Source: a virus
Virus record (IMG/VR): IMGVR_UViG_3300035698_010610
Span: 26,315 to 90,314 of that record
Strand: one strand, 5' to 3'
Length of the DNA stretch: 64,000 bases
Shown here: piece by piece, positions 28,354 through 37,900 of the stretch
How the letters are laid out: each line of letters starts with the position of its first letter
How positions within the stretch are numbered: position 1 is the first letter of the stretch
The notes under the pieces: generated by a model
Database searches by the model: none
Seen by the model: only the letters and a program-made list of their open reading frames with translations
Told to the model about the DNA's origin: nothing
Translations under genes and position numbers: made by a program

Positions 28354-29667
28354 ATGCCCCTACCCGATTCGCTCGACTCCTCGGTGGTCCTCGACATAAC
28401 GCAGAACCGCGTCACCGTCACCACCGGCACACACCAGTCCACATTCCTCGACACGATCGAGGAGGCGGCGAACGCCGTCGCGCTGTGCCACGCAAAGGCA
28501 ATCCAACTGGAAGACACCATCCGCACGCTGACGGGACGGCGGGAGGAATTGCGGGGGCTCAACCGGCAACTCCAAGATGAAATCCGGCACCGCAAGGACA
28601 AGGCCGAGGAACTTCGCGCTGCCGTAGGGAAATCGCAGATCGCACACGGCAAAGCAACGACAATGGTTGGCCAACACAAAGAGACGATCCGCGCACTAGA
28701 AAAGCAACTGCACCCCCTCCGGGAGGCCAGGGCGCACGGCGATCCGCAGCGGTTCACCGTTGCGGTTAATCAGGACGAAAACAAAGTCAGCAATCAATAC
28801 GTGATCGATTGCGACTCGGAATTTGATGCCATGCAGATCGCCTTCGCATTAGACGGCGGCTGGGGAGCGGACGGAAACGCAACCGGGCTGCTTGAACTGG
28901 CGAGGCGGTATTGCATGACGACTCCAAACGCACAACCGGCAGCGACGATAGACTTGCTGCCCATCGACACGGTGGCTGGAGCGCTGGCGTTCGTGGACAA
29001 AGCACACAAGGGACCGCTGCGGCGATTGCACCGCCAGGCGATGGAGGTGGCTAAAACCTTGGCCGCTGCGTGTCGGCGAGGCATGGACTACCGCAAAGAA
29101 ACGGAAGCGTCGTTACAGAAGGGCGAAGCGGAAGCCAAGCGGTTGCAAGAAGTAGCCAAAATCCTGGTCGACGAAGTCAACTGGCGGAAAAACCACCACA
29201 ACGAATTCCTCAAAGAGGCCGCTGCCGACAACCAGTCGCGTGACACGGAGATCGCACGGCTGACCCGCCTTCTGGGTTTGCCGGGGCCGCGGTCCGCGAT
29301 AACAAGAGAGCTTGGCGAATGCCAACGCAACGCTGCTGAGTATTCGACGCAGCTTGCCCACGCCAAGAACGAGATCGCGACTTTGCGACACCGACTCCAG
29401 GTCGCGAACGAATTCGGGATGCAAGTCCAGCAACTACTCCAGGACTCCACTGCTTCCGTCCTGCCGCAGAAATGGGACGCGACACCGGATAACGTCATCG
29501 GTGCCTTGACCGCGACCTTATGGACTGCGGAAACCAACCGCGACCAACTGCTGGCGGCAGGGGACGCTCGCGACAAGGCAATTGACGCCGCTGACGACAT
29601 CGAGAATGACCGGGACGCCATTGCAGCCCAGCTCGCTGACGTGCAGCAAAAAGCCCGAAAGCCTTAA
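28354..29667 (+). CDS. Long coiled-coil hypothetical protein
   Basis: About 437-aa helical ORF, AAGGA RBS. Confidence 0.7.
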   Translation: MPLPDSLDSSVVLDITQNRVTVTTGTHQSTFLDTIEEAANAVALCHAKAIQLEDTIRTLTGRREELRGLNRQLQDEIRHRKDKAEELRAAVGKSQIAHGKATTMVGQHKETIRALEKQLHPLREARAHGDPQRFTVAVNQDENKVSNQYVIDCDSEFDAMQIAFALDGGWGADGNATGLLELARRYCMTTPNAQPAATIDLLPIDTVAGALAFVDKAHKGPLRRLHRQAMEVAKTLAAACRRGMDYRKETEASLQKGEAEAKRLQEVAKILVDEVNWRKNHHNEFLKEAAADNQSRDTEIARLTRLLGLPGPRSAITRELGECQRNAAEYSTQLAHAKNEIATLRHRLQVANEFGMQVQQLLQDSTASVLPQKWDATPDNVIGALTATLWTAETNRDQLLAAGDARDKAIDAADDIENDRDAIAAQLADVQQKARKP

Positions 29668-29703
29668 ACCCGATCCCAAGCCCCCTGCCGCAGGAGACCC
29701 GCC

Positions 29704-29931
29704 GTGCCGCTATACATTTTGACCGTCCAAGCAAACGCCACGAATATGGCCGAGGCCATCACCGAAGCCTTCCACGTTGCCAAGGAGTATCCCGACGGTT
29801 GCGAAGTGCGAGCCGGCCACAAAGTCCACGCCACGGTCTACCCTAGCGGGGACGTGGCGTTCCCAGCAATAGCAAGGAAAACAAGTAGTCAGCAGCAACC
29901 GCCGCAAGAGGGGAGAAGAGGGAATGAGTAA
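29704..29931 (+). CDS. Hypothetical protein
   Basis: AGGAG RBS, GTG start. Confidence 0.5.
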   Translation: MPLYILTVQANATNMAEAITEAFHVAKEYPDGCEVRAGHKVHATVYPSGDVAFPAIARKTSSQQQPPQEGRRGNE

Positions 29932-30175
29932 GGCACTATCACCGGCAGTGGTCGCTGCCCTGCGGGAATTCGCGAGCAGTCAGCAGGGTGCGTTCCCCGG
30001 GGCTATCGGCAGGAGCGGCACAGTCCTGGTGCGAGCGGGCCTGGCACGGAGGCTTGGCCTCCGCACTTACGGAGGCACCTACCGGAACGGCGAACGGCCA
30101 GACCGCTGGGTGGAATTCGAGTTGACACCCAGCGGTCAGAGGCTAACAGCGGCAACCGCCGCAGGAGGGAAGTGA
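29924..30175 (+). CDS. Winged-helix-like small protein
   Basis: LVRAGLARR...FELTPSG. Confidence 0.5.
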   Translation: MSKALSPAVVAALREFASSQQGAFPGAIGRSGTVLVRAGLARRLGLRTYGGTYRNGERPDRWVEFELTPSGQRLTAATAAGGK

Positions 30176-30176
30176 G

Positions 30177-30368
30177 ATGCCGTTCCGTGCGTATCCAGAT
30201 CCGATCTGCATGGAATGCGCACAGGAGTGTGCTATTTGGGAGATCGTCGAAACGCTTCCCAGTGGTGGAGGATGCGAACTCTGGTGCTACTGCACAAAGT
30301 GCAATGTCGAGACCTTTCACCCAGCAATAGCAGCGGCAACCGCCGCAGAAAGCGAGGCGAGCCAATGA
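30177..30368 (+). CDS. Zn-ribbon protein
   Basis: CMEC...CTKC. Confidence 0.55.
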   Translation: MPFRAYPDPICMECAQECAIWEIVETLPSGGGCELWCYCTKCNVETFHPAIAAATAAESEASQ

Positions 30369-30583
30369 AAATCGACGCGACCAAAATCGTTGTCGTGACC
30401 GTCGGATACGAGACCGTGAAGGAGTTCCGCCGGCAGTGGCCGGGATTCACGATCACGGCAATCGACGATCGCAAGGTGCTCGGATTCTGTGAGGGATGCG
30501 GCAGGGTGCTGTACGAGGTCTGCGGGTTGTGCTTTTGTAAGGAGCGGGATTCAGCAGCGGCGAAGGCCGCAGGAGGAGAGTGA
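30365..30583 (+). CDS. Zn-ribbon protein
   Basis: CEGC...CGLCFC. Confidence 0.5.
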   Translation: MKIDATKIVVVTVGYETVKEFRRQWPGFTITAIDDRKVLGFCEGCGRVLYEVCGLCFCKERDSAAAKAAGGE

Positions 30584-30801
30584 TGAACATACGATTGACC
30601 GAGAAACTCGAAACCAAACTCGACGCCTACCGGGCGATGCGGCTGGAGGAAACCGGCAAGCGACCGATGCGTGAGTCTGCCGTACGTGAGCTGCTCGAAA
30701 CGGCGTTGACTGACATTGAACCCACTCGCCCGGTAGCGGACAGACTGCGAGCTATCGAGGCGCGACTCGATAGGCTGGAAGGGGGGCACTACGATGAGTA
30801 G
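30580..30801 (+). CDS. Ribbon-helix-helix-like regulator
   Basis: MNIRLTEKLETKLDAYR...RESAVRELLETAL. Confidence 0.65.
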   Translation: MMNIRLTEKLETKLDAYRAMRLEETGKRPMRESAVRELLETALTDIEPTRPVADRLRAIEARLDRLEGGHYDE

Positions 30802-31639
30802 CGATAAGCCAATCACCCCCGAGGAGATCACCGAGGGGCTGTTCACCGCCGAGGCGGTGCGGAGGGAGTTGCTGAATATTGAGTCGGGAATTCCCTACAT
30901 GCCGGAGCCGTGTGACACGATCCGGGGGTGGCTCGTGAGCGTGAGTACCCTCCTACCCCGAGCCCTCCGCAACCTCCAGGCCGAGCGGCAGCGGGTGGCG
31001 GAACTGGAGGCCATCGTCGAGGGGATGAAAGCCGGTGTGGCCATACGCATCCTAGAGGCTGAGGTGGTGAAACTGGAGAAACGACAGAAGCAGTGGAACG
31101 ATGGGGAGCTTGACGGAATCGTAGAAGACTACGACCGCCTGCGGCAGCGGGTGGCGGAGTTGGAGGGCAAAAACGACCAACTGAAAATGCGGTGGGATCT
31201 ATTCGCCGAAACTCACCTGGAGACTGAGGCGGAAAGCATCGCGTGGGGTACGCAACTCCGCATGGCCTCGGCGCTGTACCGGCTGACATACTTGCAGAGC
31301 AGGATGGATCGCCGGATTTGCCGGTATCGGGGGCGTATAGTACGGGCAAAGGCGATTGTTCGCGAGTATGCGGAACGAGCGGAGCAGCTCCAGCAGCGGG
31401 TGGCGGACCTGGAGGCCGATGCCGCCGTTTTCAGGTTCATGCGTGCCGTGTCGTCGTCGGTTGGATCAGGGCTGGTGACCTTCCATTTCGATCGCGATCG
31501 ACTCGCCGTCCGATGGCGATTGAAAAACTGGGCGTGGGAGCGATGCGTACCGTTGAAGGAAATCGCGACCGCGCCGTGTCCTACGGGATTCGGGCAAGTG
31601 ATCGGGGAGCGGATACGCCACGAAGTCGCAAGCCGCTGA
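30794..31639 (+). CDS. Coiled-coil protein with three QRVAxLE repeats
   Basis: GCAGCGGGTGGCGGA repeated three times in frame. Confidence 0.65.
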   Translation: MSSDKPITPEEITEGLFTAEAVRRELLNIESGIPYMPEPCDTIRGWLVSVSTLLPRALRNLQAERQRVAELEAIVEGMKAGVAIRILEAEVVKLEKRQKQWNDGELDGIVEDYDRLRQRVAELEGKNDQLKMRWDLFAETHLETEAESIAWGTQLRMASALYRLTYLQSRMDRRICRYRGRIVRAKAIVREYAERAEQLQQRVADLEADAAVFRFMRAVSSSVGSGLVTFHFDRDRLAVRWRLKNWAWERCVPLKEIATAPCPTGFGQVIGERIRHEVASR

Positions 31640-31656
31640 AGCGGCAGGAGAAACCG

Positions 31657-31917
31657 ATGAACACAAGTAGCATCAGACTCTCGCCAGTCGTTGCAGATTC
31701 GCGAATGATTATGCGCGACCGCGACGACGGCGCGGCTGAGTGGCTGACTCCAGATCGCGAATGGTCGCGGAGCATTTTCGAGGCCGCCCGGTTTGAACTG
31801 AACGAACTATGGAAGTCGCGGTACTGGCTATCGCGAGAGATCAGAGCCGTAGACGCGGCGGGAGGTGGGAATGAGCGGCAACCGAAACCGACTATCATAG
31901 AGAACCCGCACGACTAA
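31657..31917 (+). CDS. Hypothetical protein
   Basis: AGGAG RBS. Confidence 0.45.
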   Translation: MNTSSIRLSPVVADSRMIMRDRDDGAAEWLTPDREWSRSIFEAARFELNELWKSRYWLSREIRAVDAAGGGNERQPKPTIIENPHD

Positions 31918-31941
31918 CCCTTCTGAATTGGAGAACCTGCT

Positions 31942-32760
31942 ATGCTTCAGACAATCATTTGCTCTCTGGCCGTGATGGCCGCCGCACAGCATGGGGCGTC
32001 GCCGATCCCTTACGTGGGCGATGAAACGAGCCTCGTTCGGCTCAAGGCAACGACCGAGAAGTATGCCAGAAAACACTTCGTGATCTGCGGCGTGATAAAG
32101 TTGTCCGATGACTATGTCGGGAGTCGTGCAACTGAGCAACGCGCTTACGATGCAATTTCACTGCACGAGTACGGGAAGGACTTAGACTCGCCTGGAAAAT
32201 ATCGCGCGATCCTGTACTGGCAGAAAGACATTGACAAGCCAGCAATGGCGGCTCTCGCGGATGCATTCGCAGCCGACACGAACGACGACGGGCTCCTAGC
32301 CCGCGTATCGGCGACACTTGGCGGAGATTGGGCAATGGAGGGGCGGCAGTACACTGGAGCATATGAACCCTGGAACATCCTTCGCGTGACGGACGTGCAG
32401 TTGATCGACGCCAGCGGCAAGAAGTGGGGACCGTGGATCATGGAAAATAGGCTGAAAAAGCTCGGGCTCAAGTACCGCGTCGAGTGGACCCCTCGCGAGT
32501 ACCTTGAGGCGGTTGCCGCAGCGAAAAGGAAACAACAAAACAAAGGTCTGGGACAACCAGCGCGGAAAGTGCGGCCAGTGGAGAAAAGGGAATTCCGCGA
32601 ATGGGTGGATGTGACCGGCAAGCACCGCGTCAAAGCCAAACTGAAAAGCATGGCGTTCGGCGTTATCAAGTTGGAACTCGAAAGCGGCGAGGTCATTTCG
32701 CTGCCGCTGGACAGGCTGAGCGCAGCCGACCAGCAGTACATTCGGAATCGGTCGCGATGA
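31942..32760 (+). CDS. Secreted protein with C-terminal SHD1 (SLA1 homology 1) domain
   Basis: N-terminal signal-like segment; REWVDVTGKHRVKAKL...VIKLELESGEVISLPLDRLSAADQQYI. Confidence 0.85.
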   Translation: MLQTIICSLAVMAAAQHGASPIPYVGDETSLVRLKATTEKYARKHFVICGVIKLSDDYVGSRATEQRAYDAISLHEYGKDLDSPGKYRAILYWQKDIDKPAMAALADAFAADTNDDGLLARVSATLGGDWAMEGRQYTGAYEPWNILRVTDVQLIDASGKKWGPWIMENRLKKLGLKYRVEWTPREYLEAVAAAKRKQQNKGLGQPARKVRPVEKREFREWVDVTGKHRVKAKLKSMAFGVIKLELESGEVISLPLDRLSAADQQYIRNRSR

Positions 32761-33112
32761 CTCCCGGAACCTGCGGCCGATGCAGCACCTAGCACCCCGC
32801 GAGTGTGGGTAGATGCCCGCGATGCGGGTGCCAGGAGTTCTGGATTCCAGCCGATCCCCCTGAAAACCGCCAGGAGCCCCGGGAATCAGCCGCTGCCGTG
32901 AGCAAACGGCCCTCAATGGATGGGAACACCCAGACCGGGACAGGCCGTTAGGCGGCGAATCTGGGGGCTGGGGATTGCTGAGCCCTGGATTGGCGGTATA
33001 TTGGGGGCTCAACAGAAAAAAAGCCGCACCGATGTTGAAGCATCGTGCGGCGTGGACTGAACGGAACACCACCGCTCATGCCGTCTGAATTCTACACAAA
33101 ATCGACTCATCC

Positions 33113-33154
33113 AAAAGCCTTTTTCTGGCATTTCCAGCCGGAAGGGGCTTTTTT
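33113..33154 (+). terminator. Intrinsic (possibly bidirectional) terminator
   Basis: AAAAGCCTTTTTCTGGC-loop-GCCGGAAGGGGCTTTTTT. Confidence 0.6.
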
Positions 33155-33189
33155 CATGCGCTTGCACCGCCCGGATGGAGGGTATCGGC

Positions 33190-33492
33190 ATGCCGCGAGA
33201 TGAGTGGAAGCGTGCCAATGACCGGACTGCCTACGGACCGGCGACCCCGAGGTCAACAAAACTGCGGAAGACCAAACGCAAGCGGCGGAAGGGGAAACGG
33301 AAACCGCGAACCGGACCCGGTGCGTGGTCTGGTTCGACCGTCCTTTGGTTCGGCAAACACAAGGGCACCCCTATCCGAGACGCGCCACCGGATTACTTGC
33401 GATGGCTGGCGGAACAAGAAGCTAGCACCCCGAACGTCGCTGCGCTGGTTGCCTGGCTGCGATCGGGCTACAACTTAAACCGGGGGCATTGA
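33190..33492 (+). CDS. DUF3820/ExoX C-terminal-like protein
   Basis: LWFGKHKGTPIRDAPPDYLRWL; GGAGG RBS. Confidence 0.75.
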   Translation: MPRDEWKRANDRTAYGPATPRSTKLRKTKRKRRKGKRKPRTGPGAWSGSTVLWFGKHKGTPIRDAPPDYLRWLAEQEASTPNVAALVAWLRSGYNLNRGH

Positions 33493-34053
33493 CCCCGACG
33501 TGATGCCCGCCGCGTGGCCCTGTGGGGCGCGGGTAGAATTGCCAGCGACTCGGGCCGCTTACGCCTCACCTTTGACAGAGGGAGGGTTCGCCCGAGAAGG
33601 TGATCGGTGGAATGATCGGAACCGGCGGGTACGTCCCGTCGCCATCGTTACCGTACCGGCAACAGGTGAGGACTCTGGCGTCGTGCGTCGGAGCGAGTGG
33701 CGGCCTGGCGCAGCAATTGGGCTGCGAGCAAAACGCGGAGCGCCGGGGGTTGTTGCGCACTGAGGCCAACCGTGGACGTTCATCGCGGCCGTGCTGCAAA
33801 CCGCCGGAACCCCATCCAAGAAAAGCAAACGGGTGCGAGCCCAGCATTACCTGTTTTCAATGCCTCCAACTTGCACAGCGCAGCATGCGTTGGTTATCAC
33901 TGAATCTGGCACATCGACAACCTGGTTGTCGATGTGGCTAACATGCGTGCTGACAAAGGTTTACGGTCATCGGGTTTGCCTCAAAACCAAACCGGGTAAA
34001 ATTTGCACTTTGGGAAATGGAAACCACGGGTGCTACACACCGGAGGCTAGCCG

Positions 34054-34986
34054 ATGACCGTATTGAAGATCACGCAAATCAAAGTCGATCAGAGCATTTT
34101 GGGACGGGCAACACTTGATGAAGGGTTGCTTGTTGAATACGAGGAATTGCGACGGACTGAGGAAGCCGTTTTCCCGCCCATCGTCGTATTCAAGGACACC
34201 GCCGAGAATTACTGGCTCGGCGACGGCAACCACCGCTTGCACGTTGAAAAGAAAATCGGCAACAACACGATAGACGTTGACCTCCGCGAAGGGTCGAAAT
34301 CAGACGCCCGATGGTTTGCTGCGGGCGCAAACCTCAACCACGGGCAGCGGCCGTCACGGGGCGACCGGTTGCACGCTATCCAGAATTTGCTGCTTGATCC
34401 TGCACACCAGAAGCGCCCGTTCGTTGCCATCGGCAAACAGTGCGGAGTATCCAAGCAGTATGTCGCCAAAGTTGCCAACGCACTCATTAAGGCTGGCAAA
34501 TTGAAGCCAGCAGCCGTCGGGAGAAAGACGGTTAAAATCACCACAGGCCAACATGCGGGAAAAACTTACGAGAAAGCATCGCCAGGGACCGGCGCGAAGG
34601 CCAAAAAAACAACAAGCCCGGCAACCGCAGCACCCAAGCCCAACGCAGCAAAGAAGAAGGACCAGCGGGGGCACGTTATTCCTGAATACCTCCTTGGCGT
34701 CTGGGCTGGCCGGTCCGTGGTGATGGACATGGTGACGGAACTGTCTGCGATCCCGGCCAAGGTGCAAAAGCTGACGGTGCATGCATCGGGTGCCGGGTCG
34801 ATGATCGAGGTCGGGACGGTGAAGGACTTGCTCGGCGAAGCCCGCACCCGCATCAAGAAGTCTGCCCCGTATGTAATTTGCTCCGACTGCCGCCCGAGCA
34901 ATCATGTGTGCAAGGGCTGCAAGCAATGCGACGGGAAGGGATGGTTGTCCGAAGACGAATATTTTGAATGGAAGCAGGAACACTAA
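34054..34986 (+). CDS. ParB-like nuclease domain, HTH and C-terminal Zn finger
   Basis: FPPIVVF...YWLGDGNHRL...GANLNHG; IGKQCGVSKQYVAKV; CSDC...CKQCDGKGW. Confidence 0.8.
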   Translation: MTVLKITQIKVDQSILGRATLDEGLLVEYEELRRTEEAVFPPIVVFKDTAENYWLGDGNHRLHVEKKIGNNTIDVDLREGSKSDARWFAAGANLNHGQRPSRGDRLHAIQNLLLDPAHQKRPFVAIGKQCGVSKQYVAKVANALIKAGKLKPAAVGRKTVKITTGQHAGKTYEKASPGTGAKAKKTTSPATAAPKPNAAKKKDQRGHVIPEYLLGVWAGRSVVMDMVTELSAIPAKVQKLTVHASGAGSMIEVGTVKDLLGEARTRIKKSAPYVICSDCRPSNHVCKGCKQCDGKGWLSEDEYFEWKQEH

Positions 34987-37900
34987 TGGCGACTCCGCAA
35001 GTTGAACTGCGGCCGTACCAGAGCGAAGCGGTCGTCAAATTATTCGAGGCGTTCCCGGACAACAACCGCATTCTTGTGTCCATGCCAACCGGTGTGGGCA
35101 AGACGGTTGTTGGGATGTACGCCGCGACGGTCTGGCCCGACGCTTGCGAGGCATTAGGGCTTCCGCCGAAAGTCTTGTGGTTGGCGCACCGCGAGGAGTT
35201 GGTTTTCCAGGCCGTCACCCAATTCCGCAACATGAGCGGCGAAGAGGCGGGCGTCGAAAAAGCGTACGACACGGTGACCAGCAGGCCGCTACTGGAACGC
35301 CCCCGCGTTGTTGCCGCGAGCATCCAGACGCTATTCTCCGAGGAGCGGCGGCTCCTGTTTGCCCCCGATGAATTCGGGTTGATCGTGATGGATGAATGCG
35401 TTGACGGCCTCGCGGCAGTAGAAACAGAACTTGGGACTATTCCACTCAGCGAAGCGGTGCGGCGTAAGGCCAAACGAGTGTTGACGCATGATGGAACATC
35501 TGCTAAGTTCGGTCGCATTGAGGCGTGGGCCAGTAAAGGCCGCCGGGCGGTGTTGCGGGTAGCGACATACGGTGGCACCATTCGCGTCACGGGGGAACAT
35601 CCAATATGGACACTGCGGGGATGGGTGGAAGCCCGGCACCTAAAGCCCGGCGACGCCGTTGTGCGTGCGGTTGCGGCGTATGGATACCGGCAGTCGACAC
35701 CAGGGGGCGACCGCGAAAGTGCGCCCCTGGTCATTCGACACCCAGAAGTCGCGAAGAATGGTCGGTTGAGTACGAAAAATTTAAGGCGTCACTGCCGCTT
35801 TGTGAGTGTGGCTGCGGCACTAGCGTTACGCCAAACGCGAGTACGCTATCACGGTTTATTAAATGGCGTGGCACGCGAAGCATTCCAAGGTATCGCAAAG
35901 GCCACGATAAGCGGCCGTCCGGGTGGGAGATCACGCTTACGCCTAACGAGCGGTCGGCGATTCTCGGGACGCTACTCGGCGACTTTAGCATCGGCTTACC
36001 GAACCCACGCAGTAAGAACCCCAGGCTATCCGGGAACCATTCAAGCAAGCAGACGGAGTGGGTTCGCCACAAGGCCGCTATCCTCCGGCGGCTGTCGCCA
36101 TCGGTTTCGTTTGCGGCCAATCCTGGGTACGGCGACCAGTTGTGTACGTTTCGGTCAAGTTGCCTCCCGTGTCTGTTGCCGATCTATGATCTCACCCGAC
36201 CGGACGGCGGCCCCAAAGTCATATCGCGGGCATGGCTTGACTCGCTGGGGCCACTGGGGCTCGCGTGGTGGATCTGCGATGACGGCAGTAGTTCCGCCGG
36301 ATGGCAGATTGCACTTCACACTGAGGGCTTTGACGACACCAGTATCAGGGCTGTGGCAATGTGGTTTCGAGCTAAATACGGCGAGGTACGGGTCGCCCAG
36401 TCACGCCGAGGCAATAAAACGGTTCACCTTCGCAAAGCGGTCGCCAGCAAGGTCGCGGCTGCCATCCGGCCGCACGTGCCGCCCTGCATGGCATATAAGC
36501 TGCGATACTGTCCTGTCGGTTGACCCTGACGGATCGCGTGAAGTCTACGACCTTGCTGTTGCCGACACGCACTGCTTTTTCGCCAATGGCATTCTCGTGC
36601 ATAATTGTCACCACGGCGTTGCCCCGGCGTGGCAAGAAGTCGCCGACTATTTCGACAAGGGGAGGCTGGTCGGGTTGACGGCTACCACGGATCGGGCCGA
36701 CGAAGTGTCGCTCGGCCAGATGTTCGGTTCAGTGCCGTTCCATTACTCCCTGCCCGATGCGATCAAAGACGGCTACCTGTCGAAGATCAAACAGGAGTAC
36801 ATCCGGGTCGAAAGCCTTGACTTTTCCGGCATCAAATTGGAAGACGGCGACCTGTCTGTGAAGGCGGTAGAGGATCGGATCAACCGCGAACAGACGATCC
36901 ATGAACTCTGTGCCCCGGTCGCCAAATTGGCGGGGGACCGGCAAACGATCATATTCACACCATCGGTCGGCTCGGCTGAGTCGGTTGCGGCGCTGATGTC
37001 GGCACGGTATAGCAAACGCGGTGCGGTCGCTGTCAGCGGTTCGACGAATCCAGACGACCGGAAAGCAGCGGTGGAAGCGTACCTCCGGGGCGACATTCAG
37101 TTTCTCGTGAATTGTGGTGTATTTCTGGAGGGCTTTGACGCCCCGAATACATCCTGCATCGTCATCGCTCGGCCGACTGCATCGCGGGCGCTGTACGCTC
37201 AGATGATCGGTCGCGGGTTGCGCGGCGGCTGGGCGTGCCCTATTGAAGGAAAAGAGGACTGCCTTGTCCTCGACTTGACTGGCAAGGCTGCGGACCACCG
37301 GTTGGTCGGCTCACCCGATTTGCTCGCTGGGAATTACGACAAAGCCGTAACGGATGAGATCAGACGGCGGATGGAGGAGAAGGGGGAGGACGGCGAACCG
37401 AACGACGTGGATGAGATCATTGCGGAGTGCGTCGCTTCGTCCGACGAGCTACGGAAAATGGCGTTCGTGAAAGTTGTTGCTGACGCCAAGCTGTCCCGGA
37501 AGACCATCGACCCGTTTTCGTTGCTGGATGTCGCCGAGGAGGCGTTGCCGGGCTGGTGGGACGCGAAACAACCACTGCCAGAACAGATCGACAAACTGGA
37601 GGCAGCGGGGATCAGACACGAGGGCGACTTCGACTACGCATCCGCCCAGAAGCTGTGCCACGAACTCGACGAACGGCGGGCAGCCGGGCTTTGCACCTAC
37701 AAACAGGCGAAGCAATTGGCGATCCGGGGTTTCGATCCGCACATGAGTTTCGACGCGGCGGGCGTTGTCCTTGACTACCTGGCAACCAGGCCGGGCGGGT
37801 TTGGAATGCAAGGCGAAGACTACAAGCGCAAGGGGTACGCGAAAAAACGCGGGCGGCTGGTGTCGTACGCCGAGGTGAAACACCTTCCCAGGTATTGCGT

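Noticed and set aside
30985-31415. Three copies of GCAGCGGGTGGCGGA
   Set aside because: In-frame coiled-coil heptads (QRVAxLE); explained by coding.
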